NCBI RefSeq assembly: GCF_006345805.1
Contig: NC_043000.1
Span: forward strand, 67,270,001 to 67,334,000
Direction: 5' to 3'
Origin: Octopus sinensis
Lineage: Eukaryota
Length of the DNA stretch: 64,000 nucleotides
Positions within the stretch are counted from its first letter, which is position 1; every line of letters begins with the position of its first letter. Shown here piece by piece: positions 63,663-64,000 of this stretch. The notes under the pieces are model-generated. The model saw nothing but the letters and a program-made list of their open reading frames with translations, was not told where the DNA came from and did not search any database. The position numbers were made by a program, and so were the translations under genes.

Positions 63663-64000
63663 TCCAGTTTCAAAATAATAGTTAGACAAAATGCTTCAAC
63701 GTATTTAATTTGGAAAACAGTTTTCCTATTTTTTTCCGGTCTAGCGGGCAGCATGAAGAAGTGATATCGTTTTTGCGCGCATAAACCAATGTAAACAATA
63801 TGCTTTTAGGTAACATACATATTAGATTAATTTCTCTTTTATACTATCATCAAAACAAAGAATTACTTTCATTTACTTTAACGAAACGATACATACACAA
63901 TCACCAAACTTGTTATTGTTTTGGATGGAATTTAAGGCAACAAATATCTGTGTTTTAGCAAATGTTCAGCTTTCACTAGAAAAACTATGTAAAATAAAAA

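Overview
AT-rich eukaryotic (metazoan) non-coding DNA made almost entirely of transposable elements and tandem repeats. No multi-exon host gene could be assembled; the best candidate is one 54-nt exon at 38736-38789 (+). The tRNA-headed SINE families and (GAT)n-tailed RTE LINEs look like those I associate with octopus/cephalopod genomes; this is recognition, not a database result. Main contents: (1) a 3.37-kb Ty3/Gypsy (Mag-like) LTR element with identical 236-bp LTRs, a 5-bp TSD, a tRNA-Leu PBS and open gag-protease, but with RT/RNase H deleted in frame, nested in a SINE that is nested in another SINE; (2) two long decayed RTE LINEs and several RTE 3' fragments whose 3' UTR is a variable-number array of conserved-stem, variable-loop hairpin modules; (3) a 5'-truncated CR1-type LINE with an open RT frame; (4) two mariner remnants, a Buster-type hAT deletion derivative and two related MITEs; (5) several foldback/MITE elements, one Merlin-like with internal (CCCTAA)6; (6) a 5.2-kb array of a 29-bp satellite with a ~1.6-kb internal duplication; (7) many SINEs, including a head-to-tail train of six. 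Most ORFs in the supplied track are TE fragments or microsatellite artefacts. Coordinates were counted by hand, and boundaries of degenerate elements are approximate.
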